A stretch of 64,000 nt of DNA from Candidatus Nomurabacteria bacterium (GCA_028286485.1 JAQBRM010000027.1:10632-74631); one strand, 5' to 3'. Positions 47,897 through 57,984 are shown, numbered from the stretch's first letter. Made by a program: numbers and translations. Notes: a model not told the origin generated them from the sequence alone.

Positions 47897-48649
47897 TTAA
47901 AATACATCAAATTGCAGATACAGCGGCGCGTGATCAGAGACCACATCCGGCATAACCTTGAAATCCTCCACTAATACTTCCGGTGATACGAACACATAGT
48001 CGGAATGCTGATCATCGCCGGTATAGAGCGGCGTGCGCGTGGAGGTGACGCCGTACTTGCTGATGAGGTTGGTGAAATTCTTTTCCAGCAGTTTGATGCT
48101 TTCGGTCTGCGCATTGAGATTGAAATCCCCCACCATTATTTTCGGTGTCAGCCCGACGGATTCGATGAAGTCGTTGAGGATTTTCGATTGCTGCAAACGG
48201 TTCGGCGTGTCATCTCTGCCGCGGGCATCCCAGTGGCCGTGCACATTCATGATCATGACATCCTTGCGTCCGTGCTGGATGTGCATCCATTGCATCTTGC
48301 GGGTATGATCGCTGGTTTTGTCATGGGGATCAAAGTCCGGATTTTCATACATGACCAGCTCACCACTGGCAATCAGTCCGATGCCTTTTTTCAAAAAGAT
48401 GGCAATGCCAAAAACATTCTCGGCAATGGGACAGAAGTACTGATCGAAGTCAGCCAGAATATCAGTGATTTCCTGCAGGATATTGCCATTGCCTTCATCG
48501 TGATTGATGTAGTCGCCGGTCGCCCCGTCGTAATTATTGAAAATTTCCTGGAAACAAAAAATATCCGTTTCCACCATGTGCTCCTTCAAAAAAGCGTCAA
48601 ACGCCGCTTTTTCCCGTCCAGCCCATGTGTTAAGCGTGATTAATTTCAT
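47897..48649 (-). CDS. endonuclease/exonuclease/phosphatase (EEP) family protein
   Basis: MKLITLNTW...DIFCFQEI N-terminal EEP signature, conserved D/H residues toward the C-terminus. 250 aa. Confidence 0.75.
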   Translation of the reverse strand: MKLITLNTWAGREKAAFDAFLKEHMVETDIFCFQEIFNNYDGATGDYINHDEGNGNILQEITDILADFDQYFCPIAENVFGIAIFLKKGIGLIASGELVMYENPDFDPHDKTSDHTRKMQWMHIQHGRKDVMIMNVHGHWDARGRDDTPNRLQQSKILNDFIESVGLTPKIMVGDFNLNAQTESIKLLEKNFTNLISKYGVTSTRTPLYTGDDQHSDYVFVSPEVLVEDFKVMPDVVSDHAPLYLQFDVF

Positions 48650-48669
48650 ATTGTACCCCTACTATACCA

Positions 48670-50214
48670 TCAATTAGCTTGTGCATACACATCTTTGACA
48701 TTGCGAACCAGCGTATTCCCTTTCACGGTGATATCAATGGCCTTATGTAAAAAGACTCCCGCATTCGGCATACCGGTCACCGTGTTGCCGATAATCGATA
48801 CGTGATCAGTATTATCATCCATATAAATACCATTGACCGGCACATAGCCGGCATCATTCGTACCGGCGGTAGCGCCCTTCCCTCCACTAATGATATTCCC
48901 CGTAATTTGTCGGTTGGAATGCACCAACGGCGGCGTGAAGCCATTCCACGTATAAATACCCGCCCCATCATCAGTCACCGAACAAAAATTCGCCACGGTG
49001 TTATTTTTCACTACCGCGCCATTGCCGGAAAAATAAATACCGGTATAGCCGCTGTGACGGATACTATTTTGTGAAATAATTTCATTATCATTTCCAACAG
49101 CCTCGGCCACATAGATACCGATCAATGAGGCGGGGCCATTACCGCCCATTCCCGCTTTCATGCCGATAGTGGTAATACTGTTATTGCTAATGGAAGCATT
49201 GCCCGATCCACCCGCAAATGAGAAAAAGATACCATTATTATTGGCAGTATCAATGGTGGAATGCTGCAAGGTGAAATAATTCGCTTGATCAAGATCAATA
49301 CCGTCGGTGCCGGAAAAACCGATGGCAATATTTTGTAAGGAAACATTGGTGCTGTTTGATACCGCAACACCGCTCGTGGTCGATCCTTGAAATGACAACC
49401 CGTTCAATACGATGTAGTTTTTTGCAATAGTGGCCAGCACTGGTACGGTGCTTACTTTCGCTGCATAAGAAGAAGGGTCGGCTGAGCCAAAATACATTTC
49501 CAGATTTTTTGTCACCGGATTGAAATACCACTCGCCGAGCTGATCAAGTGTTTGCGGACTGTTTTGAATGAAAAAACCGAATCCGTCCGTCGGCTGGCTG
49601 GTGGAGACAGCGTGGGCAACGGTAGTGCCTGATTGTGCGGTGATGGCATATTTATCCAACTGCCAGCGATAGTCGCGTATCACGACGTCAGCACCGGTCC
49701 AAGAACCGGCCAGCGCGGGACTGGTAATGGAATTCACACTATGTGAAGCAATGGTAAGATAGCCGCCATTGACCGCATCAGCATTGGGATACCGCCCGAT
49801 TTGTTGCTCAATATTGTTCAGCGTCACCATATTCACGGTTGATCCGCAATACGCACAAGGAGCTTGCCAAATTCCCCCACCGACCGAGGTCCACCCTGAC
49901 AACGCGGTGAAGCCGCTGATAACAGGTTTTGCTCCACTGCCGTACGCGCCGAAGAAAATCGGCTTGCGAGCAGTGCCGGAAACATTTGGCATTAAGGCGC
50001 CGTACCATGTGCCGCCTTTTTTAAAAAGGATACGATCTCCCGGCTGAAATGCGGTGGCATTCACCTTGTCCACTGTTTGCCATGGGGCATGAACACTGAT
50101 ACCCGTATTACCATCATTTCCTTTAGGATCAATATAATAAGTAGCCGCTGATACTGCCGCTATGCGGGCGCACAGCAAAAAGGCCGTTATGAGCAGTACC
50201 TTCCACTTATTCAT
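48670..50214 (-). CDS. secreted right-handed parallel beta-helix repeat protein (pectate-lyase/NosD-like fold)
   Basis: Signal peptide. The start YYIDPKGNDGNTG...PWQT is typical of beta-helix proteins. Repeated short G/N/T-rich beta-strand turns. Confidence 0.65.
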   Translation of the reverse strand: MNKWKVLLITAFLLCARIAAVSAATYYIDPKGNDGNTGISVHAPWQTVDKVNATAFQPGDRILFKKGGTWYGALMPNVSGTARKPIFFGAYGSGAKPVISGFTALSGWTSVGGGIWQAPCAYCGSTVNMVTLNNIEQQIGRYPNADAVNGGYLTIASHSVNSITSPALAGSWTGADVVIRDYRWQLDKYAITAQSGTTVAHAVSTSQPTDGFGFFIQNSPQTLDQLGEWYFNPVTKNLEMYFGSADPSSYAAKVSTVPVLATIAKNYIVLNGLSFQGSTTSGVAVSNSTNVSLQNIAIGFSGTDGIDLDQANYFTLQHSTIDTANNNGIFFSFAGGSGNASISNNSITTIGMKAGMGGNGPASLIGIYVAEAVGNDNEIISQNSIRHSGYTGIYFSGNGAVVKNNTVANFCSVTDDGAGIYTWNGFTPPLVHSNRQITGNIISGGKGATAGTNDAGYVPVNGIYMDDNTDHVSIIGNTVTGMPNAGVFLHKAIDITVKGNTLVRNVKDVYAQAN

Positions 50215-50218
50215 ATAT

Positions 50219-51706
50219 TTAATAGCGCAATTTATATTCGTATAAATTCAAGTCGAGAGAGAAATTCTTCACCAACAATCGCTGATAATGAGTGTCGAAA
50301 TACAGACGCAGCGGTTCTTCATACCCTTGGTTGTAACTGAGCAGCAGCCACAGATTCTGATGGTTTTGGGTGATGGTTGCCACTTGAGCCGGCAGTGTCG
50401 CCGCATCAAAGGGTGGTATCGGACCATAGTGGGAGCGATCCCAGATCGGTAAAGTGGTCAGCGTAGAGGAACCATGGTAGTAATATTCCACCGGATAAAT
50501 AGTGAACGGCGCAGACACCACAATAGTATCATCGGCAGTCGCGTGGGCAGTCAAATAGTCCGTGGCTTGCTGGTAATTTTCCTTCACCGGTGTAAATGCA
50601 CTGAACGCTTCAATGAACAGCATGCCCACCATGACCACTACCAGCACGATTTCAAAGAATCGCTTGAAATTCGGCGGCAGATTATTGAGAAAGGCGATGA
50701 TGCAGAGATAGAGCGGCGGCAAGCTCAGGATGAGGTACCGGCTGAGGTAGAGCGGGCGGAAAATACTGCTGACAATAAACGCCAGCGCCATCGGCACGAT
50801 CAGCGCCGTGATGAAATACATGGTCTCGCTGGACGGTCTTTTTTTGCTTTTCTGCAACCCAAAGAAGCCGAACAGCACCAGCAGCGGCCACATCGAGACT
50901 AGAATGGTATTAACGTAATCTATCTGAAAGCCGAATAAGAATTGGGAAAAAGTATTGAAGATGTCAACAGTGGTGGGTGCTTCGAGCTGGGGCGAGCTGT
51001 TGCTGATGGTGCCCAAGTGAAGCACATAGTACAGCCACGGACTGATGGCAAGCAATAAAATCATAATGACGGCGAGAAATTTTTTGAAATCCCCCTTCTG
51101 GAACAAATCCTTGTTAAAAAGATAGAACAACGCTTGACTGACAAGGGAGAACCAGAAAAAATAGTGCGTGAAGATACCGACTAATGACACGAGACCGTAC
51201 AGGAACCAATATCCGCCACGACGCTCCGCATCGGCCGTCTTGTACAATTTGAGGAAAAAGTACTGATGCAAAATGACGACGAAAGTGAAGAGACTGTACA
51301 TGCGGATCTCATTGCCGTACCAATTCATGAACGGGGAAATGGAAAGCAACAATGCCGCATACAGTCCGGCATTTTTATTGTAAGCCAGTTTGCCAAGAAA
51401 ATAGATGGCCGGAATGGATAATACAAAAAATACCATGGACAATGCCCGGCCGGTCGCCACGCCATTGCCGAGAAAGACCTGCCAAAAATGCAGCATCAGG
51501 TGATAGAGCGGCACGTGCACGTCTTGGGCGATGATGTTGAATATCTTCAGGGGCGAGCGGCTGGTTTGCCACAAGCTTTGCGCTTCATCGAGCCGCAAGC
51601 TCTGTCGTGAAAAAATAAACACGGACAAGGAGATAATAAAGAGGATCATCGCGCTCAGCGCCAACGTCACTTTGTATTTGTAGAAAAATGCCGGTGGTTT
51701 TTTCAT
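50219..51706 (-). CDS. GT-C fold glycosyltransferase of the PMT/ArnT (GT39/GT83-like) family
   Basis: Multi-TM N-terminal region with a DE-containing first loop (LRLDEAQSLW) and a periplasmic C-terminal domain. 495 aa. Confidence 0.7.
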   Translation of the reverse strand: MKKPPAFFYKYKVTLALSAMILFIISLSVFIFSRQSLRLDEAQSLWQTSRSPLKIFNIIAQDVHVPLYHLMLHFWQVFLGNGVATGRALSMVFFVLSIPAIYFLGKLAYNKNAGLYAALLLSISPFMNWYGNEIRMYSLFTFVVILHQYFFLKLYKTADAERRGGYWFLYGLVSLVGIFTHYFFWFSLVSQALFYLFNKDLFQKGDFKKFLAVIMILLLAISPWLYYVLHLGTISNSSPQLEAPTTVDIFNTFSQFLFGFQIDYVNTILVSMWPLLVLFGFFGLQKSKKRPSSETMYFITALIVPMALAFIVSSIFRPLYLSRYLILSLPPLYLCIIAFLNNLPPNFKRFFEIVLVVVMVGMLFIEAFSAFTPVKENYQQATDYLTAHATADDTIVVSAPFTIYPVEYYYHGSSTLTTLPIWDRSHYGPIPPFDAATLPAQVATITQNHQNLWLLLSYNQGYEEPLRLYFDTHYQRLLVKNFSLDLNLYEYKLRY

Positions 51707-53238
51707 ACGGCAACTTCAATTGTTTCCTTCGGCTGAGGGGTTTGTTCCGGTAATGCGAGATAAATGAACTGGGTGAATATGACAGTATTCAACAAGGCCC
51801 ACGCCATATTAGCCATGACGGAGGCACTGACACCCTCGCGATGAACGGCCACGATCAGACCGGCGGCGATCAGCACGATGTAAACGATGTGTATTTTGAC
51901 CAAGTACAGGAAGTTGCCGGTCAATTTCTTTTTTGATGTTATTTCAAACTTTGGCTTATGTCCGGTAATCACTGACCATAATGCTTCCAAATGAATACTG
52001 AAGGAGCTCATGGAAAATGCCAAGGAACGGAAGGTGTAGGAGAAGTTGGTGGATCCCTGCAGCGTGTACAGCGTCACGAAAATGTACGGTAGGAAGATCA
52101 ATGCCAAGAGCATGGTAGCCACCACGACCGGTACCAAGCCGGTGAAGAAAAATACCACCGGAATCAGCGCGTTCATGATAATGATCAATCCCGACACGTA
52201 GAATGAGGCGGAAGCCAAGTATTGGATGCGCTGTGTCAGTGTCAATCCCTTGCGAAACAGCACGTTGTACTTGAAGATCAGATCGAGACCGCCGCGGGCC
52301 CAGCGAAACTGCTGCTTGTAGTACGATAGGAAGTCTTCCGGGGCCAATCCCTCGGCCAAGACTTCCCCGACATAGGCGGATTTGAAGCCGTGCTCATGGA
52401 GAAACATGCCGGTAGCAAAATCTTCCGCAATGCTTTCCTCGCACATGCCGCCGACTTCCAACAGCATCTCCTTGCGAATGGCCATATTGGTGCCGCACAT
52501 GGTGACGGCATTCAATCGATTCTTGCCCCGGCAGATCGGCCCGAAAAACAGCTCCTGTTGCTCCCATGCCCCGCGGGTGACTTCATTGAGGTAGTAATTT
52601 TTATAGTACTGGGGCGATTGCACGAATGCCATTTTCGGATCGCTGAAATGCGGCATCATTTTCAAAAGAAAATCCGGATGCGGCACATGGTCGGCATCAA
52701 ATATGACAATGAAAGGGTTGTCAGTTTGCCGCAGCGCGTTGTTGATATTGCCGGCTTTGGCTCCCCCGCCGACTTTGCGGGTAATGACTTCCACACCGTG
52801 GGTTTGAGCTACCATTTCGGCCTCTTGCCAATTGTCTCGGTGCGCCACGTAGCCATCATTCAATATATACACTTTGAATTCGGGATACTCCATGGCTTTG
52901 ATAGCCACGATTGTTTCTTCAATGATTTCTTTGGGCTCGCCCGCTACGGTCACGTATATATCAACCGGCGGATGAAAGTTCGGGTCGGGCGGCGTAATGC
53001 CTTTGGTATTCCAGATGGTGTAGAGGAAGGTCAACAGCTGCCACAAGTGGAACACCTCTCCGGCAATCAGCAGGCCGAACAGCACTTTGTTGCCGATCGG
53101 GAAAAAGAACGCCAATAGAATGAAGTATGTCAACAGCAGCACGACGTTCAATATCACCAATCCTTTCGGGGTGGTGGTGTTCAAGAATCTTTTTTGATCT
53201 TTCGGTGTTTTTTTTGAATTGAATAATCGTATGCGCAT
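51703..53238 (-). CDS. processive GT2 glycosyltransferase, cellulose-synthase (BcsA/CESA)-like catalytic subunit without a PilZ domain
   Basis: YILNDGY, DADHVP (DxD), a TED-like EDFATG and QQFRWARG (QxxRW). TM helices on both sides of the catalytic domain. Confidence 0.85.
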   Translation of the reverse strand: MRIRLFNSKKTPKDQKRFLNTTTPKGLVILNVVLLLTYFILLAFFFPIGNKVLFGLLIAGEVFHLWQLLTFLYTIWNTKGITPPDPNFHPPVDIYVTVAGEPKEIIEETIVAIKAMEYPEFKVYILNDGYVAHRDNWQEAEMVAQTHGVEVITRKVGGGAKAGNINNALRQTDNPFIVIFDADHVPHPDFLLKMMPHFSDPKMAFVQSPQYYKNYYLNEVTRGAWEQQELFFGPICRGKNRLNAVTMCGTNMAIRKEMLLEVGGMCEESIAEDFATGMFLHEHGFKSAYVGEVLAEGLAPEDFLSYYKQQFRWARGGLDLIFKYNVLFRKGLTLTQRIQYLASASFYVSGLIIIMNALIPVVFFFTGLVPVVVATMLLALIFLPYIFVTLYTLQGSTNFSYTFRSLAFSMSSFSIHLEALWSVITGHKPKFEITSKKKLTGNFLYLVKIHIVYIVLIAAGLIVAVHREGVSASVMANMAWALLNTVIFTQFIYLALPEQTPQPKETIEVAV

Positions 53239-53250
53239 AATGGTATGTAT

Positions 53251-54513
53251 CTAATTTGTAAGAGGGGTCGATGAAGCGGGGGCGACCAGATTCGGCAGGA
53301 GATTCTGATACAAACCGATGCCGAACCATGTCCAGTTGTCATCGTAATATCCCAAGGGTGTGCGCCATGCATTGGTATCGGGATTATAGAGAATGGCCAG
53401 TTTTTGATTATAGACTTCTGCGGCATTTTTGGGATCGCTCACTATGAAATAACCGATCACCCCGCCATATAGTGCGGGAACTTCCGTTTCGTCCCCTGCC
53501 AATGTGCCGTCATGGGCGTAGTTCACTGACAGGGATTTTGCCGCAGTCCATTGTTTTGAGAAAAAATTCAAGGAATCAAGCAGTTGTTTGTCACGGGGAT
53601 CGCCGTACCATTGCCAGTCCAATGCCAAGCGCCACGGCACGCGCAAGGCATCGTAACCATAGTTGGTCGTGAGACCGGCAGCGGTAGCGGCTGTTACCGC
53701 ACCGGTCTGCCTATTCACTTGGACCCAGTCGGGAGGAATGTTGGCACTGGTATTCTTATCAAGCGGGGAGGCAATACTTTGGGTGAGAATATCATATGAG
53801 CTATCGATCACTCCTTGCCAATCATGCTTGCTGTCCACTGCGGCGAACATACGATACTCGTACGGCGCAAAGTAGGAAGGGTCTACCAACACCTTATCGG
53901 GTGAGAGGTGCTCCACATCATTGGCCACCAGCACCGGCTTGCCATTGATGACGACGACTTCGTTTTTCCAGATGTCGGCAATCAGGGCTTGCGCTTGATC
54001 CATATAAGACTGATCACCCCAACGGCCGTAGGCGAACAACAAACTCATCGCCATGTCAGTTTCAGCGTCGGTAGCGGAGTTTTGTCCGCCCTTGCTCGTC
54101 AGGATGGTATAGTTGCCGGGAGATTGTTCGCCGAAGACCCACGCGTGGAGATTGTCATTTTTGTGTTTCAAGATATCCTGCGTCCATTTCAAGCTGGCAT
54201 CAAACGTGGCTTTGTCATCCATCCAGACGGCACGCAGCATGGTGTAGCTCTGCCCTTCCGACGTGGTGAGGTTGTTCTGCTGCTTATCCAGTGTGCGATT
54301 GCTGCCGGCTTCCAAATAATCTACTTTGTAAGTATTCCATGTATTTTCCAATACTTCTTTCGGAGAAAAAATAACCGGTACTTGCCGCTTCCGACTGTTG
54401 ATGAATTTCACCACGATAAAAAGCAGCGCGGCGAAGCAAATCAGGCTGATGCCGATATAAAATGAATTGGTTGGTTTTTTTATAGGTGGGATATTCATAC
54501 GCCGAAAAATCAT
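53251..54513 (-). CDS. glycoside hydrolase family 8 (BcsZ/endoglucanase-like), membrane-anchored
   Basis: SEGQSYTML and ATDAETDMAMSLLFAYGRW match the GH8 catalytic-region signatures. N-terminal TM helix. Confidence 0.8.
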   Translation of the reverse strand: MIFRRMNIPPIKKPTNSFYIGISLICFAALLFIVVKFINSRKRQVPVIFSPKEVLENTWNTYKVDYLEAGSNRTLDKQQNNLTTSEGQSYTMLRAVWMDDKATFDASLKWTQDILKHKNDNLHAWVFGEQSPGNYTILTSKGGQNSATDAETDMAMSLLFAYGRWGDQSYMDQAQALIADIWKNEVVVINGKPVLVANDVEHLSPDKVLVDPSYFAPYEYRMFAAVDSKHDWQGVIDSSYDILTQSIASPLDKNTSANIPPDWVQVNRQTGAVTAATAAGLTTNYGYDALRVPWRLALDWQWYGDPRDKQLLDSLNFFSKQWTAAKSLSVNYAHDGTLAGDETEVPALYGGVIGYFIVSDPKNAAEVYNQKLAILYNPDTNAWRTPLGYYDDNWTWFGIGLYQNLLPNLVAPASSTPLTN

Positions 54514-55055
54514 GAGAAGGTAAAGAGCGCTGCCAAACGCCGCGCGATGAATCTCGGCCGACCGATGACCAGGATCAGTCCGGATAATGCCGTGATGCCG
54601 CTGATGGCATATAAAATCTTTGTTGTCAGCGGTCGGAAGCCTTTTTCAATGTAAGGATCAGTGGGAATGAAACTCTGCATGATATCGTAGACGACACTTT
54701 TATAAGGAGTTGGTGCGGCGACAACTGCCGGTGCTGGCGGCGCAGGGGTCGGGGTTTTTTTAACAGGGTTAGCAGGCTTAACGGTAGTGATCACCGGCGT
54801 AACGACCGGGGATTGCGTAGCCGGTTCCGGTGATACGGGAGTAATGACAGGCAACGGTTGGTCTTGCGTCTGTTGATCCGGCAGGGATTGATCGGGTTGC
54901 TGCTGAATAATGTCGTAGACACTCCGAGTGTGACGTGCGCCGTGCGTATCGGAATTATCTTGAGCCTGCACTGCCGAACAATGCAATAATATAAACAATA
55001 ACAAAAATGCCCCTGAGAATGTAAAATATATATTTTTATTGCTATATTTTTTCAT
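54510..55055 (-). CDS. secreted Pro/Thr/Val-rich protein with a C-terminal TM anchor (hypothetical)
   Basis: Signal peptide, PVITPVSPEPATQSPVVTPVITTVKPANP... low-complexity region, C-terminal hydrophobic helix. First gene of the operon. Confidence 0.4.
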   Translation of the reverse strand: MKKYSNKNIYFTFSGAFLLLFILLHCSAVQAQDNSDTHGARHTRSVYDIIQQQPDQSLPDQQTQDQPLPVITPVSPEPATQSPVVTPVITTVKPANPVKKTPTPAPPAPAVVAAPTPYKSVVYDIMQSFIPTDPYIEKGFRPLTTKILYAISGITALSGLILVIGRPRFIARRLAALFTFS

Positions 55056-55115
55056 ACTATTTATATACTCTACCCCATTCTTTTCGAGAATGGAAGTATC
55101 TGATATATTGAATAT

Positions 55116-56258
55116 ATGGACACAGAAAAACCCGTTTCTCTATCAGTTTTTTTTCCAGCCTACAATGAAGAGGCCAATATTGAAAACAGCGTAGCGGAAG
55201 CGGAAATGATTTTAAAAAAGCTGGGCATTGTCTATGAGATCATCATCGTCAATGACGGCAGCCGCGACAAGACCGCCGTCATTGCCGATCGTCTGGCCGC
55301 CGAAAATGATTGCATCAAGGTCGTGCACCACCATCCCAACCGCGGCTACGGCGCCGCCTTGTGGAGCGGCATCCAAGCGGCGCGTTATCAGTACGTCTTC
55401 TTCACCGATGCGGACTTGCAGTTCGATCTGTCGGAGCTGGCCATCCTCATGCACTTCGTACCGGAGTACAAGGTGGTGCTGGGATATCGCGCACCGCGAC
55501 GCGATCCTTTCTTGCGATTACTCAATGCCAAGGCATGGAATTTCCTGAATCGCTTCTTGTTCGGCTTGAAAGTGAAGGACATCGACTGCGCGTTCAAGCT
55601 GATGGATCGCGAGCTGGTCGCCTCGCTGCCGATCAAGACACGTGGTGCCATGATGACAGCCGAGATGCTCATTCGCTTGCAGCGGCGGAAAGTCGTCTTC
55701 AAGGAAATTCCGGTCTCGCATTTTCCTCGTGTTGAGGGTGAAGCGACCGGTGCCAAACCGGAGGTGATCCTCCGCGCCTTCAAAGAACTGTGGGTGCTAT
55801 TCAAGGGCCGTTTGGGCGCGATCGGCCGCCGCCAGCTGGTGCGTTTTGCCGCCGTGGGAGTGGCCAATACCTTGATTGATCTGGGCTTGTACTATGTGCT
55901 GACGCGCACGGTGCCATTCTTCAGTGTGCATATGTTTGTGGCCAAGGCCCTTTCCTTCCTGACCGGTACGGTCTTCAGCTTCTTCGTCAACCGCATCTGG
56001 ACCTTCAAGAAACAGACTCCCCTTAAAACCGCCGAGCTCATCCGTTTCTACCTCAGTGTCGGCGTGGCATTGCTTATCAATCTGCTCTCCCTGTCCTTCT
56101 TCACCAAGGTCCTTCATCTGTATGATCTCATCGGTGTCATCGGCGCCACTGTTGTGACATTCGTCTGGAACTTCATCGCCTCCAAACTCTGGGTCTACGC
56201 CGAATCCGTTCCTATCAAACGTCCCCGTTTCTTCAAACGCCGCCGTAATCTTAATTAG
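55116..56258 (+). CDS. polyprenyl-phosphate glycosyltransferase (DPM1/GtrB/ArnC-like GT2) fused to a C-terminal GtrA-family membrane domain
   Basis: VFFPAYNEE...IIIVNDGSRD...TDADLQFD DxD. C-terminal four TM helices with GtrA-like FAAVGVANTLIDLGLYYVL...FFVNRIWTFK. Confidence 0.85.
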   Translation: MDTEKPVSLSVFFPAYNEEANIENSVAEAEMILKKLGIVYEIIIVNDGSRDKTAVIADRLAAENDCIKVVHHHPNRGYGAALWSGIQAARYQYVFFTDADLQFDLSELAILMHFVPEYKVVLGYRAPRRDPFLRLLNAKAWNFLNRFLFGLKVKDIDCAFKLMDRELVASLPIKTRGAMMTAEMLIRLQRRKVVFKEIPVSHFPRVEGEATGAKPEVILRAFKELWVLFKGRLGAIGRRQLVRFAAVGVANTLIDLGLYYVLTRTVPFFSVHMFVAKALSFLTGTVFSFFVNRIWTFKKQTPLKTAELIRFYLSVGVALLINLLSLSFFTKVLHLYDLIGVIGATVVTFVWNFIASKLWVYAESVPIKRPRFFKRRRNLN

Positions 56259-56263
56259 GACAA

Positions 56264-56467
56264 TTATTTCTTCTTTGTTGTTTTCTTTTTCGCTGCCTTC
56301 TTTGGCACCTTATCTCCTTCTTTTCTGGCCTCTGAAATTCCAATCGCTATGGCCTGCTTCCCGCTCGTCACTTTCTTGCCCGACCTGCCGCTCTTCAACT
56401 TGCCTTCGCCATACTCATGCATGACCTTGCTTACTTTCTTCTGTGCTTTTGTTCCATACTTTGCCAT
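56264..56467 (-). CDS. small basic protein (DUF6496-like), Lys-rich tail
   Basis: MAKYGTKAQKKVSKVMHEYGEGKLKSGRSGKKVTSGKQAIAIGISEARKEG, then KKAAKKKTTKKK. Confidence 0.5.
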   Translation of the reverse strand: MAKYGTKAQKKVSKVMHEYGEGKLKSGRSGKKVTSGKQAIAIGISEARKEGDKVPKKAAKKKTTKKK

Positions 56468-56614
56468 AAAAAATACTATTAGCTAGTATTTTTATTAATA
56501 CTAATGTGACAAGCAAAAACTTTCATTTAAATCCACTACCGTTGATTTTTTGCCCAAAAAACGCTATTCTACATCCGCACTACATTGTGTCTTTTGCCCA
56601 CTGGGTAAAACGAT

Positions 56615-56688
56615 TGTGGAATCGTCTAATGGTAGGACAACGGTTTCTGGTACCGTTTATCTTGGTTCGAGTCCAGGTTCCACAGCCA
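56615..56688 (+). tRNA. tRNA-Gln (anticodon CUG), CCA encoded
   Basis: Acceptor stem TGTGGAA/TTCCACA, D-arm GTCT-AATGGTA-GGAC, anticodon stem ACGGT/ACCGT with loop TT-CTG-GT, T-arm CTTGG-TTCGAGT-CCAGG, discriminator G and CCA. A hairpin at about 56692..56710 follows. Confidence 0.85.
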
Positions 56689-56826
56689 AATTTCGCTTTT
56701 TGCAAGCGAAGCGTTCCATACCAAAAAGGCAAGAAATTTGCTTAGCGGATGTTTCGCTAGAAACACAAGAAGATTTCCGAGATAGGTCATCCTGCACGAG
56801 TTGCGTCGCTGTAACGAGAAATCTTT

Positions 56827-57612
56827 TTACTGCTGTACTGTAACAACAGGATACATGGTTCCTGTATCAGGCGAATCGTAGTACTGATAACTAAGCAATT
56901 TAGCTTCTGTAATTTTTTCAGTAAAAACTATACCCTCCAAAGGTTGGTTGTTGCTGCTTGGCTTGAAAATGGCGATTTCATTGTTGTAATTGGAAGCGAC
57001 GTATGAAGGTTGGTCGTCACAGGTAGTGATGTCTCGACTGGCTGAGCAAAGATCTTCTTGATATTTTTGATGTCCCACAGTGCCGTTCTGTGTATATTTA
57101 ATTGTGTAGATCACATGGTCACCAATATTGTGCGGGGTTGGGAAAGCAGAAACCTGCTTATTATTTGAATAGAATACAGCACTCACTATCTTTCCAATAG
57201 CAGGGTTATCGGTACTATTGAATACAGCTAGTATCCCACTAGTATAGGAAGGTTCATCTGTAAAATAAATTGTTTTACAGTGCAAGGTAATGCAATCGTT
57301 CACGGCATTTTGATTGTAGTCTTGAATGCCAACATTGGAAATTTTTCGCTCGGTGTATTGAAACGTTTGTCTTGTCGAGAGATTTTTAAGGATTGCTTTC
57401 ACATACTGATCAACCTCTTCGCCTCGGGCATTGACCATATTTTTTTGATCCACTATTGGACTTGGGGCTTGGTTATTTTCTTGTTGAGGATTGCTTTGTA
57501 CAGGAGTGGTTGGAGTAGTTCTTAAAGGATGATTATTCTGTGTGACGATGTAGCCAAGAATGCCAACTATTATAACGAGTAGACAAATGATGACCGTTCG
57601 GTTTTTGTTCAT
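56827..57612 (-). CDS. hypothetical membrane-anchored/secreted protein (AT-rich orphan)
   Basis: 261 aa. N-terminal TM helix, Pro/Gln-rich linker, Cys pairs. No recognised domain. Confidence 0.4.
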   Translation of the reverse strand: MNKNRTVIICLLVIIVGILGYIVTQNNHPLRTTPTTPVQSNPQQENNQAPSPIVDQKNMVNARGEEVDQYVKAILKNLSTRQTFQYTERKISNVGIQDYNQNAVNDCITLHCKTIYFTDEPSYTSGILAVFNSTDNPAIGKIVSAVFYSNNKQVSAFPTPHNIGDHVIYTIKYTQNGTVGHQKYQEDLCSASRDITTCDDQPSYVASNYNNEIAIFKPSSNNQPLEGIVFTEKITEAKLLSYQYYDSPDTGTMYPVVTVQQ

Positions 57613-57665
57613 AGATCATTTATACCTTGAAAGAACGGCTTTGTAAATGCGCTGAAGTTGCGTCA

Positions 57666-57721
57666 GTGCAATATCTGAAGGTTTTGCATAGAACGCGATT
57701 TCTAGGAAAACTGCTATAATT
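57666..57721 (+). promoter_or_regulatory. conserved 5' leader/promoter module, copy A (extended -10 TGcTATAAT plus upstream conserved box)
   Basis: GCAaTATCTGAaGGtTTTgCATAGAaCG...TTCTAG..CTGcTATAATT. A copy differing at only a few positions lies at about 58011..58067, upstream of the next gene. Confidence 0.45.
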
Positions 57722-57729
57722 AAACTTAT

Positions 57730-57984
57730 ATGGAAAAAGAACAGTCAGGACAAAAAAGATGGAGTCGTCAAAAATTTTATCGTGTTGTCTTTACGGTCGC
57801 GGTTATTATTGTTATTGTCTCCGCATTTCTCCCTTGCTCTCTCTCAAAATATGGCTGTGCTTACGGCGGGGGTGGGGACGTCCTGCTCGATGGTGCGCTA
57901 GGGGCAATAGCTGCTTCTCTTTGTCTTATCATTGTCGCCGTTATTTACGAGATTAACACGCGCCGCGTTTCAAAGAATAAATAA
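57730..57984 (+). CDS. small membrane protein (two TM helices, Gly-rich loop), hypothetical
   Basis: 84 aa. VVFTVAVIIVIVSAF and ALGAIAASLCLIIVAVIY helices. Confidence 0.4.
   Translation: MEKEQSGQKRWSRQKFYRVVFTVAVIIVIVSAFLPCSLSKYGCAYGGGGDVLLDGALGAIAASLCLIIVAVIYEINTRRVSKNK

Noticed and set aside
50214-50219. Possible truncation of the beta-helix protein (ends ...VYAQAN) suggesting a pseudogene
   Set aside because: The stop is followed within 5 nt by the next gene in an otherwise tightly packed operon. Beta-helix proteins vary widely in length. There is no evidence of a frameshift.
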